The notes under the pieces are model-generated. The model did not search any database. It had not been told where the DNA came from and saw only the letters and a program-made list of their open reading frames with translations. A stretch of DNA of 32,000 nucleotides from Xylella taiwanensis (GTDB lineage Bacteria > Pseudomonadota > Gammaproteobacteria > Xanthomonadales > Xanthomonadaceae), in NCBI RefSeq assembly GCF_013177435.1, contig NZ_CP053627.1, positions 1,230,001 to 1,262,000 of the forward strand. The letters are read 5' to 3'. Positions 9,940 to 19,955 of the stretch are shown in pieces; position 1 is the first letter of the stretch, and every line of letters begins with the position of its first letter. The translations under genes were made by a program, and so were the position numbers.

Positions 9940-11090
9940 GTAACACTGGTTTTCTTCATGTCTTGTGTCGCTTTACTTTTTACTTGCATACAGGACCGTG
10001 GGGTGCAGTTAAACTCGATCTTGTGTTCTGCCCTTGCTGCAGAATACCTTCACGGGCGCGTCACGGAAATCCGCAAAATCGCACGCTGATCCCTGCTGTT
10101 AAGCAGGCTTTGGGTGGTTGTTGAAGCCTTGTTGATCTCGATGTCTCGATGTACAGCCTGCTTCATTCTTGAAGAACGTGTTGACATGGCTGATGTCGGG
10201 GAACCCACGCATTGCGATGGCGGAGATAGGCAAACCTGTATATCTGCCAGCCGTCGTTGCGCTTTCACATTGATCCGCCTCTTGATGATGATGTTGGCTA
10301 TCGTACCCATGACCGCAGCTACCGCACTGTCACTCACGTGGCCTGAAATCAATGGCTTGGGGGACATCCCTACATCCCCCGTGTGATTCACACTACGTCG
10401 TATTTAGATGCTTACGCATGGTCCAAACTCACAGGCACGTGAGGCGAACCCGGGATTGCTGTTGGTCTACTTGTCCTCGCGCGTGCAGGCTTGCCGAAGA
10501 TGCTTGATGTCGTTGAGCAAGCGTTTGACCTCATTGCTGTGCGGTGCATCTGCGGCTGTCGTGGCGTTCCAACCGACGCTTCGAGCGGTTCAAGGCTTCC
10601 TTGGTACGGGCTTGAACTCCACGTACACAAGCATCGGCGTCCTGAGCGTTGTCGACAATGACGCATTTTGAAGACGGGTGAGCGACGTGTTGCTGTGCAT
10701 GTCCTGCGGTGAGGATCAATGCCCCTGCCTGGTCCGAAGTGTGCATCGCCACAGGTAACCTGGCGCTCCAGCTGTTTCGGGGACGCCTGAGTGCTTGTGC
10801 TTGGCTGTTTTTGAAGTTTCTGTTGTGTGTTGCCACCAGGATTGCCCAGTCGATCGGAAGGCCTGCGATCATCGTGATACCTGCGTCCTACCTCCAGGCG
10901 GTGATGCGGGGGCGACATGGCTGTTGCGGTGTTGCAGTCGTGGTCTGCTCTGTTTCCGTTGATCCTCATCAATCGGCTGTTCCCGGCGCTTGCCTCATGG
11001 ATGACGGACGCGTACCGACCTGTTGGTCACATCTGCATGGCCTCATCATCACTCGTTAATGCGGCCTCTGGCCTTCACATCCAGAACACC

Positions 11091-11363
11091 TCAGATTAAT
11101 CCGTACTCCTTGAGTTTCTTCCGCAGCGTGGCGCGATGAATGCCAAGCAGTGCAGCAGCACGGCTCTGATTGCCTTCACAATGGTTCAACGCTTCCACAA
11201 ATAGGGGAATCTCCATTTCGCGCAGCACCATGCCATAGAGATCGTTGGCATCGCAGCCGTCGAGATCGCGCAGATAACGGCGGACCGCCTGAGCTACATG
11301 TTCACGTAGGGGGGACTTTGAGGTGCCACGGCTGACTTCAGGACGGGAGGGTACTACGTTCAA
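11091..11363 (-). CDS. fis: Fis-family nucleoid-associated DNA-binding protein
   Basis: 90 aa with the C-terminal [30 protein letters not shown] and the upstream block [19 protein letters not shown]. The start is TTG; there is no in-frame ATG nearby. Confidence 0.9.
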   Translation of the reverse strand: MNVVPSRPEVSRGTSKSPLREHVAQAVRRYLRDLDGCDANDLYGMVLREMEIPLFVEALNHCEGNQSRAAALLGIHRATLRKKLKEYGLI

Positions 11364-11448
11364 CGGACATTTCCGGGCTTGGGACGTCGGGCGGGCGCTT
11401 TGCGGAGGGGAAGTCTAGCGCGTGACCATTGCTTCTGCCATGTGTGTT

Positions 11449-12138
11449 TTAGCGGAATTCGAAGGTGAAAGCAGCCGTGTTTGCTTCCGGCTCATGTACG
11501 CGGAAAGTGATATGCGCGCCTTGACCGGGGGCCAGCCTCTCCTTGGGATGCGGAGGGTGACCCAGATACTCACCCGGTGTGAAAGTGTTGCTGCCGATCA
11601 CTTTGCCATCGGCGTCGGACAGTGATAGTTGCAAGTACGGCCAAGCCTGATCCCAGCGTGCATCATTGCGGAAGCTGGCTTGGATTTGCAGTACACCGGG
11701 GTATCCAGGCAGCGGCTGGACGCTACGTTGTAGCATCGTAAAGGCTGTCGGTTCATGCCAAGCCGGCAGTGAGCACCGCAACACGATGCAGAGTTTGTTA
11801 AGCAATGGCCGCCACGCCGCATCGCCGGCGAGGCGTGCGCGGTCAGCGAGTAACACCTGCAAGACCAGTGTAAGGGTTAAGATGGCGATCAGCAGACCGT
11901 ACAGATATCGGCTGCGCTGCGTCGCCAAGACGTTTTGTATCGGATGTGCAAAGGTCGGTGTCTCCGCAGCGTTTGCGTTTGGTATGTGCGAGGAGGCCGG
12001 CTGGGGCGTGGTTTCAGAAGGCGGTGTTGCTATTCCGGTTTCAAGCAACGGTGCATTGTTGGTAGATGCGGTGGCGGTTGGTGGGGGGGACGATTGTGAG
12101 CGGAGAAATCTAACCAGGGAAGGTGGCAGCTGATTCAT
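11449..12138 (-). CDS. DUF3426 domain protein (single TM helix plus C-terminal beta domain); no N-terminal zinc ribbon
   Basis: A Pro/Ser/Thr-rich linker is followed by the TM helix YLYGLLIAILTLTLVLQVLL. The DUF3426-type C-terminus reads LQIQASFRNDA...WPYLQLSLSDADGKVIGSNTFTPGEYL......FTFEFR. It lies immediately upstream of fis in the same orientation, as in Xanthomonadaceae. Confidence 0.7.
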   Translation of the reverse strand: MNQLPPSLVRFLRSQSSPPPTATASTNNAPLLETGIATPPSETTPQPASSHIPNANAAETPTFAHPIQNVLATQRSRYLYGLLIAILTLTLVLQVLLADRARLAGDAAWRPLLNKLCIVLRCSLPAWHEPTAFTMLQRSVQPLPGYPGVLQIQASFRNDARWDQAWPYLQLSLSDADGKVIGSNTFTPGEYLGHPPHPKERLAPGQGAHITFRVHEPEANTAAFTFEFR

Positions 12139-12189
12139 CGAAGCATGACGGGGGAGGGGCGCGAAATGCTATTGAATCATGTTCTGGCT

Positions 12190-12564
12190 TCAGCGGCGGC
12201 GCGTGTCAAACGGGGTAGTGAGCAACTCGAGCAGCCCGTGGCGTTGCCGCGGCGTGAGTTTGGCGAACTGCTCTAGCAACTGTTTCTGTTGTGGATCGAA
12301 CTTCTGGTAGGCCGGCACTGGTTCAGCGATAGCGCTCACTGATGGACCGTAGTAAGGCTCGCCACGTCCTGTGGCCAGATATTCGAACGACAGACCACTA
12401 CGGCGCGCCAAGCGAATCAGATTCTCCACAGACGGTGCGGTACCTTGCTCCATCTCCCACTGGGCAACTGCACTGCGCGAGACTCCAAGCTCACCAGCCA
12501 ACGCTTCTTGGGTCAGACCGGACATACGGCGAGCCTCGCGGATGCGTTCGAAAAGTTTGCTCAC
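12190..12564 (-). CDS. XRE-family helix-turn-helix transcriptional regulator
   Basis: 124 aa. The HTH_XRE core reads RRMSGLTQEALAGELGVSRSAVAQWEMEQGTAPSVENLIRLARRSGLSFEYLATG. Confidence 0.85.
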   Translation of the reverse strand: MSKLFERIREARRMSGLTQEALAGELGVSRSAVAQWEMEQGTAPSVENLIRLARRSGLSFEYLATGRGEPYYGPSVSAIAEPVPAYQKFDPQQKQLLEQFAKLTPRQRHGLLELLTTPFDTRRR

Positions 12565-13614
12565 GTAAAATGTGCCCGGATGACAGGGAGCAGATATAGC
12601 GCTTACATTCGATGCGATGTGTTCGTTCCGCTTTCAATTACGGATAAGATAGTGATACTGTCTGTAAGTGAGCTTAATCTCCTTGTAATGGAATTCGATT
12701 GATCAAGGCATGTGATTGCGATGCTGAAGATGGAGCGATGCAGCAACAGTGTGGCTGGCTGAACCCGCACACTATTTTCAGATCAGATATGTTGCGTTTT
12801 GCTGGGGTGTGGCCTTGCGCAGCTGTGGAAGCGCAATGACGTTGGCATGGTGGGGAGGGTGTGGTGAGTAATCTCTTGCCAGCCTTTGTGGCATGGCACA
12901 AGTGTGGGTTGGCTTGCTCGGAACATGGCCGATGTGGGTCAGTGCTCCAACCCTGAGGAGTTGCAGTGGCATGTGGAGCAATCATTTGTCATTTTTTGCG
13001 TCTTGCTGGATCAAATCATCGATTTGGTGAGTACGTAGCGAATCTTTCTGCTGGGCCCGAGCACCACGGTGTTGTGACTGCACGTGACTGTTACCGGCAC
13101 ATCGAATTCGACAATGGCGTGATCTTTAGGAAATATTCAGGCGATGTTGCCAATCGCACTGAAACCCCGGTCAACCGGGCATTGGATGGCCGTAACAGGT
13201 GCAGCAGCGATCATGACCTGCTTGTATCCCAACCTGTCATGCGCCACGCGCCACGATTGCAACTGGATACTAAAGATGAACGACGTGTGGAAGTGGTCGA
13301 TGACGGTGTGATCCGATGCGATGTCACGGGGGTGTTGTGAGCGATGCTGGCGAGGGGAGAGAACGTCTACGGTGCGCCATCAGGGCTTGGCTGTGGTGGG
13401 CAATACGCCACCTCCAGTGCCACGGTGCGACCGTCTCCACCTACGCTAAGGGGGGCTGCCCTTTGCCAGGTCGCAGTACCATCTCTGTTCCAAATACCAC
13501 TGATCGTATCTACGATTTTCTATTGCCATAGTTAAGAGTAGGCGACCTTGCCTGAGTGCCTATACCATGGATATTGCACGCTAACCTGGATCCCCTCTGT
13601 TGACGACGTTTACA

Positions 13615-14844
13615 ATGCTAAAACCCCCAGGTGGCTTGGCTTGGACGCGCATGGGTGCTGAGATTGGCCTGTTGTTATTCGGTGCTCTAGCCATCACCCT
13701 GCCAGCCGGGCTTGCCCCTTTTGGCTTAGTGTTGACGACGACGAGTTTGCTGTGTTTCGACCAATTGCGTCGTACCGCGTCGGAAATTGCGGTGCCGCTG
13801 CGTATTTTGTTTGTATTGGCGCTGGGTGTGTTGGTCCTGTCGGCACTGTCTATTATGGTCACGCATCTGGAACTGCGTGATTTGGATAGCAGGACACGCT
13901 TCCTGCTGTTGCCCTGGTCTGTTTTGTGGGTTTATGCGTTGCGACCGCGCCAGCAATGGTTCTGGGGTGGCGCGGCTTTGGGTGTGTTTGGGGTTCTGCT
14001 GCTGGCCGTGGTTCAGATATGGCGTGGCGACACACGTGCCGAAGGTTGGGGTAATGCCATTGTGCTTGCCGATCTCACCATGGCTCTGGCAATCGTGGTG
14101 GTGTTTGCGCGCCCTAAGGGATGTTGGTTGCTGCCGTCGCTGGTGTTACTTGCTTGCGGTGTCGTGATCGTGCTCAGCGGTAGCCGTGGGGTTTTGCTGG
14201 CAATGGCCGTGGTGTTGTTTATGTTGGCTCTGAGCGTACGTTGGGCCAGCTTGCGTGTCCGCCTGCTGCTGCTCGCTGGTTTGGTGCTGGGAGGCAGTAC
14301 GTTGGCTTGGGGGGTACCGCAGCTCACTGAACAGATGCGGTTGATCGAACTGAAGGCCGACATGCACCGTCTGGAGAGTGGTGACAGCGATTCTTCTACA
14401 GGCGCGCGTCTGGAGCGTCTTCAAGTGGCCTATGCCACGTTCTTGAGCAAGCCCTTGACGGGTGTTGGTATCGGTCACTTCGATCGTGCGATGACTCTGT
14501 TACCAGTGTGCCGTAGTGGTGTGTGGTTGGCGCGTTGCCATCTGCGGCACGCCCACAATGATCTGGCCGAATGGGCCGCGACCCAGGGGGTGCCTGGATT
14601 ACTGGTGATCCTGGCGATTTACGGTGTGCCGTTTGCATTATTACTACGTCTTTACTGGGCGAGTGGCCGTAAGCGCTTCCATGGTCCGGCGGCGACGGGG
14701 ATGATGCTGGTGGTGGCCTACATTTTATGTGGTATGACTCAGTCGATGTTTGCGCATCAGGTCAGCACGAGTTTCTATGCGGTGGCGGTTGGCCTGTGTA
14801 TTGGTTTGGCGTTGCGTGAGGTGAGCGCGCAGCGGTCTCTATAA
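13615..14844 (+). CDS. O-antigen ligase family (Wzy_C/WaaL-like) polytopic membrane protein
   Basis: About 10-12 hydrophobic helices. The Wzy_C signature region reads SGSRGVLLAMAVVLFML ... HAHNDLAEWAATQGVPGLL. ATG 13615 is in frame with the track's TTG 13600. Confidence 0.85.
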   Translation: MLKPPGGLAWTRMGAEIGLLLFGALAITLPAGLAPFGLVLTTTSLLCFDQLRRTASEIAVPLRILFVLALGVLVLSALSIMVTHLELRDLDSRTRFLLLPWSVLWVYALRPRQQWFWGGAALGVFGVLLLAVVQIWRGDTRAEGWGNAIVLADLTMALAIVVVFARPKGCWLLPSLVLLACGVVIVLSGSRGVLLAMAVVLFMLALSVRWASLRVRLLLLAGLVLGGSTLAWGVPQLTEQMRLIELKADMHRLESGDSDSSTGARLERLQVAYATFLSKPLTGVGIGHFDRAMTLLPVCRSGVWLARCHLRHAHNDLAEWAATQGVPGLLVILAIYGVPFALLLRLYWASGRKRFHGPAATGMMLVVAYILCGMTQSMFAHQVSTSFYAVAVGLCIGLALREVSAQRSL

Positions 14845-14883
14845 TGCCGGTGGCTTACTAGAACAAGCGGATAAAGAGTACAG

Positions 14884-15747
14884 ATGCGAATCGAGCGAGA
14901 GGATCACACGCCCCAGTCAGAGGCGGCTGTACTGTTACCGATGAGTCTGGTGGTGATGACCTACAACGAAGCGGCTAATATTGCTCGCTGCCTGGACAGC
15001 GTGCCGTTTGTCTCTGAGAAACTTGTAGTGGATTGCGGCAGCGCGGATGACACCGTGGCGATCGCACGCGCTCATGGCGCCCGCGTCATCGAGCAACCGT
15101 GGCTGGGGTTCGGGCCGCAGCGCAACTTTGCTTCTGGGCAAGCGGCGTACGATTGGATCCTGGTACTTGATGCTGACGAATTCCTTTCGGACACATTGCG
15201 AGCCGAATGTTTACGACGCTTGCCGGCGCTACTGGCGGAAGACCGGCTGGCCGCCATTTGGCTGCGCCGCAGTACCTGGTACATGGGAGCGCCGATGCGT
15301 TGGTACCGGCCGATGGTGGGTGAGCGCCTCGCCCGGCTCTATCATCGTGACCGTGCCCGTTGGAGTGAAGTGCGTGTCCATGAATCGCTGCGCTTCGATG
15401 CTCCCAGTGCCGAGTTCATGGCCCCGTTCAATCATCTGCACAATCCGACGCTGGTGCACAAATACTTGAAGGTGTTGCGCTATGCCGAGTTAAAAGCATT
15501 GGATTGGCATAGCAAGGCGCAGGCTGCGCGCATGTGGCAGGCTCCATTGGTCTTTGTGGCTGCTTTCTTAAAGGATTATGTGCTCCGCTTGGCGATGCTC
15601 GATGGCTGGCGTGGTTTCGTGGTGGCGCAGACGGCTGCCAGTTATGCCCTCTACAAGCGGATGCGTTACTACGAGATGTTGCGCAATCCTGACTCGATTC
15701 AACAAGCACACGCACACTTGTGTAAGCATCGTCTGGAGCATGAATGA
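14884..15747 (+). CDS. Family 2 glycosyltransferase (LPS core/glycan biosynthesis)
   Basis: The GT2 N-terminal fold motifs are LSLVVMTYNEAANIARCLDS, VVDCGSADDT and WILVLDADE (DxD). Its stop overlaps the next start in ATGA at 15744-15747. Confidence 0.85.
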   Translation: MRIEREDHTPQSEAAVLLPMSLVVMTYNEAANIARCLDSVPFVSEKLVVDCGSADDTVAIARAHGARVIEQPWLGFGPQRNFASGQAAYDWILVLDADEFLSDTLRAECLRRLPALLAEDRLAAIWLRRSTWYMGAPMRWYRPMVGERLARLYHRDRARWSEVRVHESLRFDAPSAEFMAPFNHLHNPTLVHKYLKVLRYAELKALDWHSKAQAARMWQAPLVFVAAFLKDYVLRLAMLDGWRGFVVAQTAASYALYKRMRYYEMLRNPDSIQQAHAHLCKHRLEHE

Positions 15748-16778
15748 GCAAGAAGCATTATCTGTTGTACGGATCGGAACGCTATGCACTGGCGATCCTG
15801 CGTCCACTGCAGGCAGCGATTCGTGCACGTGGCGACGAAGTAGCATGGTTTTTTGATGGTCCAGGTGCGGCGGACCTTACGGCTGACGAGCCGCTGCTCA
15901 GTGTGGCGCAGGTGCGTGCCTGGAAGCCATATGCAGTGATCACGAGTAGTAACGCGGTGCCGCACTTTTTCCCAGGGGTGAAGGTCGAGGTTTTTCATGG
16001 CTTTAATGCGGGCAAGCCGCGCCATGTCTATAGCCGTGGTTTCTTTGACCTGTATTGCACCACTGGCCTGCGTGACACCGCTGCATTCGGTGAGCTGGCC
16101 CGTACACTCGGCCACTTTACAGTGAAAGAGACCGGCTGGCCGAAGCTCGATCCGTTTATGGCCAGGATGGGTGAAACACTGCCTTCAGTACGCCAGCCGC
16201 CGGTGATTCTCTACCATTCCACGTTTTCGCCGTCGTGGAGTGCGGCTGGCCTCCTTTACGATGAGGTCAAGCGTCTGTCGTTGCGTGGTCAGTGGCGCTG
16301 GATTGTGACTTTCCATCCGAAGATGAGCCCAGATGTCGTTGCGCGCTATCGTGCTTTGGAGAGTGATTATCTGCATTTTGCCGATAACGATAATATTCTT
16401 GAGCTGTTTCCGCATGTCGACATGATGTGTTCGGATACTTCTTCGGCGCTTAACGAATTCCTGTTGACCTACAAGCCAGTGGTGACTTTCAAAAACAGAA
16501 ATCCTGGGCCGCAACTGATCGATATTGATGACCCGACTCAGTTCGAGCCGGCAATCCGGCGTGCGTTATCCCGACCACCGGACGTGATGGCTGCGATCCG
16601 CACGTATGCAGATGCGATCCATCCATACCGAGATGGTCGTTCTAGTGAGCGTGTGCTTGAGGCAATCGAGGTGTTCGTTGCTGAGGGAGGGCGTAATCGT
16701 CGCCCGAAGCCGTTGAATCTCTGGCGTAAGTTCAAACTGCGTAAACGCATTGGCTATTGGGGGCCTGCTTGGCTGTGA
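15744..16778 (+). CDS. CDP-glycerol glycerophosphotransferase-family-like transferase (Glyphos_transf-like)
   Basis: 344 aa. The C-terminal pattern ILYHSTFSPSW ... TFHPKM ... ELFPHVDMMCSDTSSALNEFLLTYKPVVTF matches the family layout (ILYAPTWR ... HP ... l..aD.lITDYSS...eF..l.kP). It is translationally coupled to the GT2 gene. Confidence 0.65.
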   Translation: MSKKHYLLYGSERYALAILRPLQAAIRARGDEVAWFFDGPGAADLTADEPLLSVAQVRAWKPYAVITSSNAVPHFFPGVKVEVFHGFNAGKPRHVYSRGFFDLYCTTGLRDTAAFGELARTLGHFTVKETGWPKLDPFMARMGETLPSVRQPPVILYHSTFSPSWSAAGLLYDEVKRLSLRGQWRWIVTFHPKMSPDVVARYRALESDYLHFADNDNILELFPHVDMMCSDTSSALNEFLLTYKPVVTFKNRNPGPQLIDIDDPTQFEPAIRRALSRPPDVMAAIRTYADAIHPYRDGRSSERVLEAIEVFVAEGGRNRRPKPLNLWRKFKLRKRIGYWGPAWL

Positions 16779-17626
16779 ATGATGGCGCGCTGCAACGCTG
16801 TAAGAGGCGTTTCTCATACCTGTTCCGGGTGTGTGCAGCGGTACTCTGTGATGCGTTTGTGTCCGTATGGCCAGTCATGCAACCTGCCTCGCTTTACGGT
16901 GCGGTCAATGCGCAGCCACAGTGGCTTGTACTTTGGCAGAGAGCGGCGGCGTCTGAGGGTGTGTTGTGGTGCATCGTGCCGGTTGTGTCCAGTCCTAGTG
17001 TTGTGGTGTTGCATCGTTGCTGCAGCGGTGAGCGTGACACCATAGTGCTTTCATCTTGTTTCTTGTGTTGCTAGGCCGGTTGCCATCGATGGATTTGCGA
17101 GCCGCTGTGGAGCACTGTCCGGTGGCCGTGCAGCGTATGCTGCAGAGGTTTGATGTGGGACTGGATGTGTCGCATCGCCAGCGTTCACTGGGTCAGCAAC
17201 TCCAGTGTCCGGTGATCAGGATGTGGTCACGGTACTGCGTCCAGTGACTGAGGCGGGTGTCTTCCGTGTGTTGGCAGCATATTGCAGGTTTGTTTGCAGG
17301 GTGATTGTCAGCGCTGCTGGGTGTCGTGTCCGGATTTTTTTGTGAAAGTGTCTGTGGCCGCACCGGAAGAGGGCACCTGCTCTCATGTCTGCTTGAGAGA
17401 TAGCGTCTGTGTGCTCCACATGGCCGTGTATGTGGTTCAGTGAATTTTGCTTGACAGCCAGCAGGCGTCACGCTTGCCCCCTAAATGTGAAGCCGTGGTA
17501 CGGCGGCTAAGGTGTCCTGTAGATGTGGCGTTTTTCCAAGAGGCGTCACTGTCTGGTTCAGGGATAACAGGCGCGTTTCCGTTTCCGGTGTGCTCATTGC
17601 GGTTGCGGGGTGTTGGAGATTGTCGG

Positions 17627-18844
17627 TTATAGGTGGCCGGTTTTTGCGATGGGTTTTACAGCATCACAGTCCACGCTATCCAACCGGTCTTTACGTGTCT
17701 GTGATGTCATGATCAACGCATCTACGTCCAGATCGTGGCCGGCGCGGCTCGCTTTGGTACGCAGGTAACGTTCGTTCTGTTTGGTGATCTGTCCTGTCAC
17801 CGGGATGCGTTCCTCAATGGTGATTCCTGCCGCGCGCAGGCGCTCTGCTTTGGTGGGATTATTGGATAGCAGTTGCACTCGGGTGATGCCTAGTGCGCGC
17901 AGCATCATTGCTGCGCCAGTGTAGCGGCGCTCGTCCGGACCGAATCCGAGCTGTGCATCGGCGTCGATTGTGTCTAGTCCTGCGTGTTGGTAGTTGTAGG
18001 CGCGTATTTTTGCGGCGATGCCGTTACCGCGTCCTTCTTGGTCCAAGTACAACAGCACACCGCCACCCAGCGCTTTGAGCTTGGCCAGACTGTGGCGCAA
18101 TTGGTCGCCGCAGTCACATTTGAGCGAGCCAAAGAGGTCGCCGGTCAGACACGACGAATGCACTCGCACGGGGACTGCATTGCTCAAGTCGGGGTGACCG
18201 ATCAGGATCGCGACTTGGTCCCGTTGAGCCATGCCGCCACGGAACACAACGAACTCGCTCATGCCCAGATCACGTAGTGGCACCGGGGTACGTGTGACCA
18301 GTTCGTACGGTGTTTTGGAGGCGCACGTGGTAGCCGTGCTGAGGTCAGCCAAGTCCAGCGTTTGGCAATCTTTAAAGGCATGTGCGGTGCTGGGGGTGCA
18401 CTCGGCGGCAACGACTGCTGGCAGTAGTAGGGCAAGTCGAGTGATCTCGGTGGCTGCTGCGTCTAACCTATCTCCGGGCGACCATACTGCTGGCAGCGTG
18501 GTCTCGCACAGGTAGGCGAGTTTGGCCAGGCTGTCGTAGGACAGAGCAGCCAGTGGGATGCGCGCACCGTGGGGAGCGTCTAGGCCGAGCACGCTGGCAC
18601 GTATTGGAGTCAGGAATAGGTAGTGCGTGTTGCCCACAGCGTTGGCAAATACCGCAAAGCTGTGAGCGGTCATGCTATCCAGGGCCATGACTACATGCTG
18701 GCGCTCGTGAGCATCGTTCAACAACACCGGCCGGCCGGCACGCAGTTCGGTAGCGGCGCGTTCGCAACGGATCGTTGCCGGGGAGCCGAACGGATGTGGA
18801 TGTGGGAACGTGGGATTGTTCATGAGTGGATCCAGATGGCACAC
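17627..18844 (-). CDS. ribA: GTP cyclohydrolase II with a degenerate DHBP-synthase-like N-terminal domain
   Basis: The C-terminal half carries the zinc/catalytic motifs VRVHSSCLTGDLFGSLKCDCGDQL, LYLDQEGRGNGI and YTGAAMMLRALGI..VQLLSNNP.K. The N-terminal ~190 aa resemble RibB, but the acidic motif is replaced by LLNDAHERQHVVMAL. The track start is GTG 18844, with an alternative ATG at 18823. Confidence 0.88.
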   Translation of the reverse strand: MCHLDPLMNNPTFPHPHPFGSPATIRCERAATELRAGRPVLLNDAHERQHVVMALDSMTAHSFAVFANAVGNTHYLFLTPIRASVLGLDAPHGARIPLAALSYDSLAKLAYLCETTLPAVWSPGDRLDAAATEITRLALLLPAVVAAECTPSTAHAFKDCQTLDLADLSTATTCASKTPYELVTRTPVPLRDLGMSEFVVFRGGMAQRDQVAILIGHPDLSNAVPVRVHSSCLTGDLFGSLKCDCGDQLRHSLAKLKALGGGVLLYLDQEGRGNGIAAKIRAYNYQHAGLDTIDADAQLGFGPDERRYTGAAMMLRALGITRVQLLSNNPTKAERLRAAGITIEERIPVTGQITKQNERYLRTKASRAGHDLDVDALIMTSQTRKDRLDSVDCDAVKPIAKTGHL

Positions 18845-19096
18845 GTCTTTCGAACGACATATATGGATGTTGGGCCGGGTGTCATAGTGATCATCTTTTG
18901 ATTGTGGATGCGAGTCAGTTCAATGTTGGAAAAACGGATGCGTCATCCCGGCAAGGTGCATACAGGTGCCGCATCTTGCTGTACTGGATAGAGGGGACTG
19001 ACCCATTGAGTTGGTGCGTTTCACTTTGCTGCGCCATCGTATTGATGAATGCTGCAGCAAAGATGTCGATGGCTTTCATGTGCCGTCATCATACAT

Positions 19097-19205
19097 TGGT
19101 GAGATGGTGAGATGGTGAGATGGTGAGATGGTGAGATGGTGAGATGGTGAGATGGTGAGATGGTGAGATGGTGAGATGGTGAGATGGTGAGATGGTGAGA
19201 TGGTG
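19097..19205. repeat. Perfect octanucleotide microsatellite (TGGTGAGA)x13 plus a 5-nt partial copy
   Basis: Direct reading gives 13 identical 8-bp units at 19097-19200, followed by TGGTG and then divergence. No spacers are present. The unit lies in ORF-poor DNA about 250 bp upstream of the ribA start. Confidence 0.97.
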
Positions 19206-19907
19206 TGTGGTTGGGTATGGGGTAGCGGGTTCAGGGTGCAAACCCGTCATGAAGCGAGACAGATGCAAGTTGGTGCGTTTGGAGCGTTTTGGCCGTATAC
19301 CTGATGAGTGAGTCGTACCTGACGATGTGCATAGCAACGTTGACCGCTTCAGTATGTGGCGGCAGGTGGAGTCATCTCTATTCGCATATAAAAAAATGCA
19401 TTGGGAAGCGAAGTCGTTTTTACCTAAGGAACATGACTCATGAAGCAGTCGCGATTTTCAGGAAGTTGGATCATGCAACCTCTCGTAGGAATAGAGACCG
19501 GCTTGGGTGTGGTGGAAGTGTTCCCTGACGTGCGCATCACGATTCAGATTTAGGCGCATGGACACAGTGTTGCTTGCGCTGCTGCAAGAAACTCCAAAAG
19601 GAGGACTGTTGTCTTGGCAGGTGGGAATGGCAAGATCGCTGCGCAGTAGCTGCCGCTGCAGGATGACCACTGCAATTGGGATTTAGGTGTGTGTCCCTGT
19701 GCGTGTGCCAGGTGAAACGTGATAACTGGAAACACAAGTCGGGGTGCGTTGTTCCTCTGAAAACAGGTGGCACGTTTGAATCCGTCTCCTCTGGAAAACT
19801 GCAGCGCGCCGCCTGCATGACATGCCTGCATCGGGTTGGCAGCGATGCATCGTGATGACATGTCCCCTTTGGATGCATTTGGAAGACGTCAAATGGTACG
19901 CCCCGTG

Positions 19908-19955
19908 TTGGTTTGGGTGGATAACCATCTATTGGTTTGGGTGGATAACCATCTA
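19908..19955. repeat. Perfect 24-bp tandem duplication (TTGGTTTGGGTGGATAACCATCTA x2)
   Basis: Copy 1 is 19908-19931 and copy 2 is 19932-19955, and they are identical. The duplication lies in ORF-poor DNA. Confidence 0.9.

Noticed and set aside
10092-10107. Hairpin CCTGCT-GTTA-AGCAGG downstream of ilvE, considered as a terminator
   Set aside because: It lies about 150 nt past the stop codon, has only a 6-bp stem and a poor U-tract. It is too weak to call.
10412-10972. 186-aa and 113-aa minus-strand ORFs, with plus-strand ORFs, in the ilvE-fis gap
   Set aside because: These are mutually overlapping ORFs on both strands, Arg/Pro/Thr/Ser-rich, with no RBS or motif. I translated several sub-frames and found only short protein-like runs (for example ..NEVKRLLNDIKHLRQACTREDK*). 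The region is treated as decayed or non-coding.
12966-13380. 124-aa plus-strand ORF and an ~80-codon open minus-strand frame without a start codon (..VIDHFHTSFIFSIQLQSWRVAHDRLGYKQVMIAAAPVTAIQCPVDRGF..)
   Set aside because: Neither has a credible start or RBS, or a recognisable motif. It may be a gene relic but cannot be supported from sequence alone.
16961-17020. Imperfect ~20-bp direct repeat GTGTTGTGGTG(TT)GCATCGT(T)GC, 37 bp apart
   Set aside because: It is short and imperfect in GT-rich DNA, and there is no context suggesting a function.
19097-19205. Possible CRISPR array
   Set aside because: The units are contiguous 8-bp repeats with no spacers, and no cas genes are present. It is a microsatellite.
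19089-19337. 82-aa minus-strand ORF encoding (HHLTISPS)n
   Set aside because: It is a translation artefact of the 8-bp microsatellite. An 8-bp unit would shift the frame with any change in copy number.
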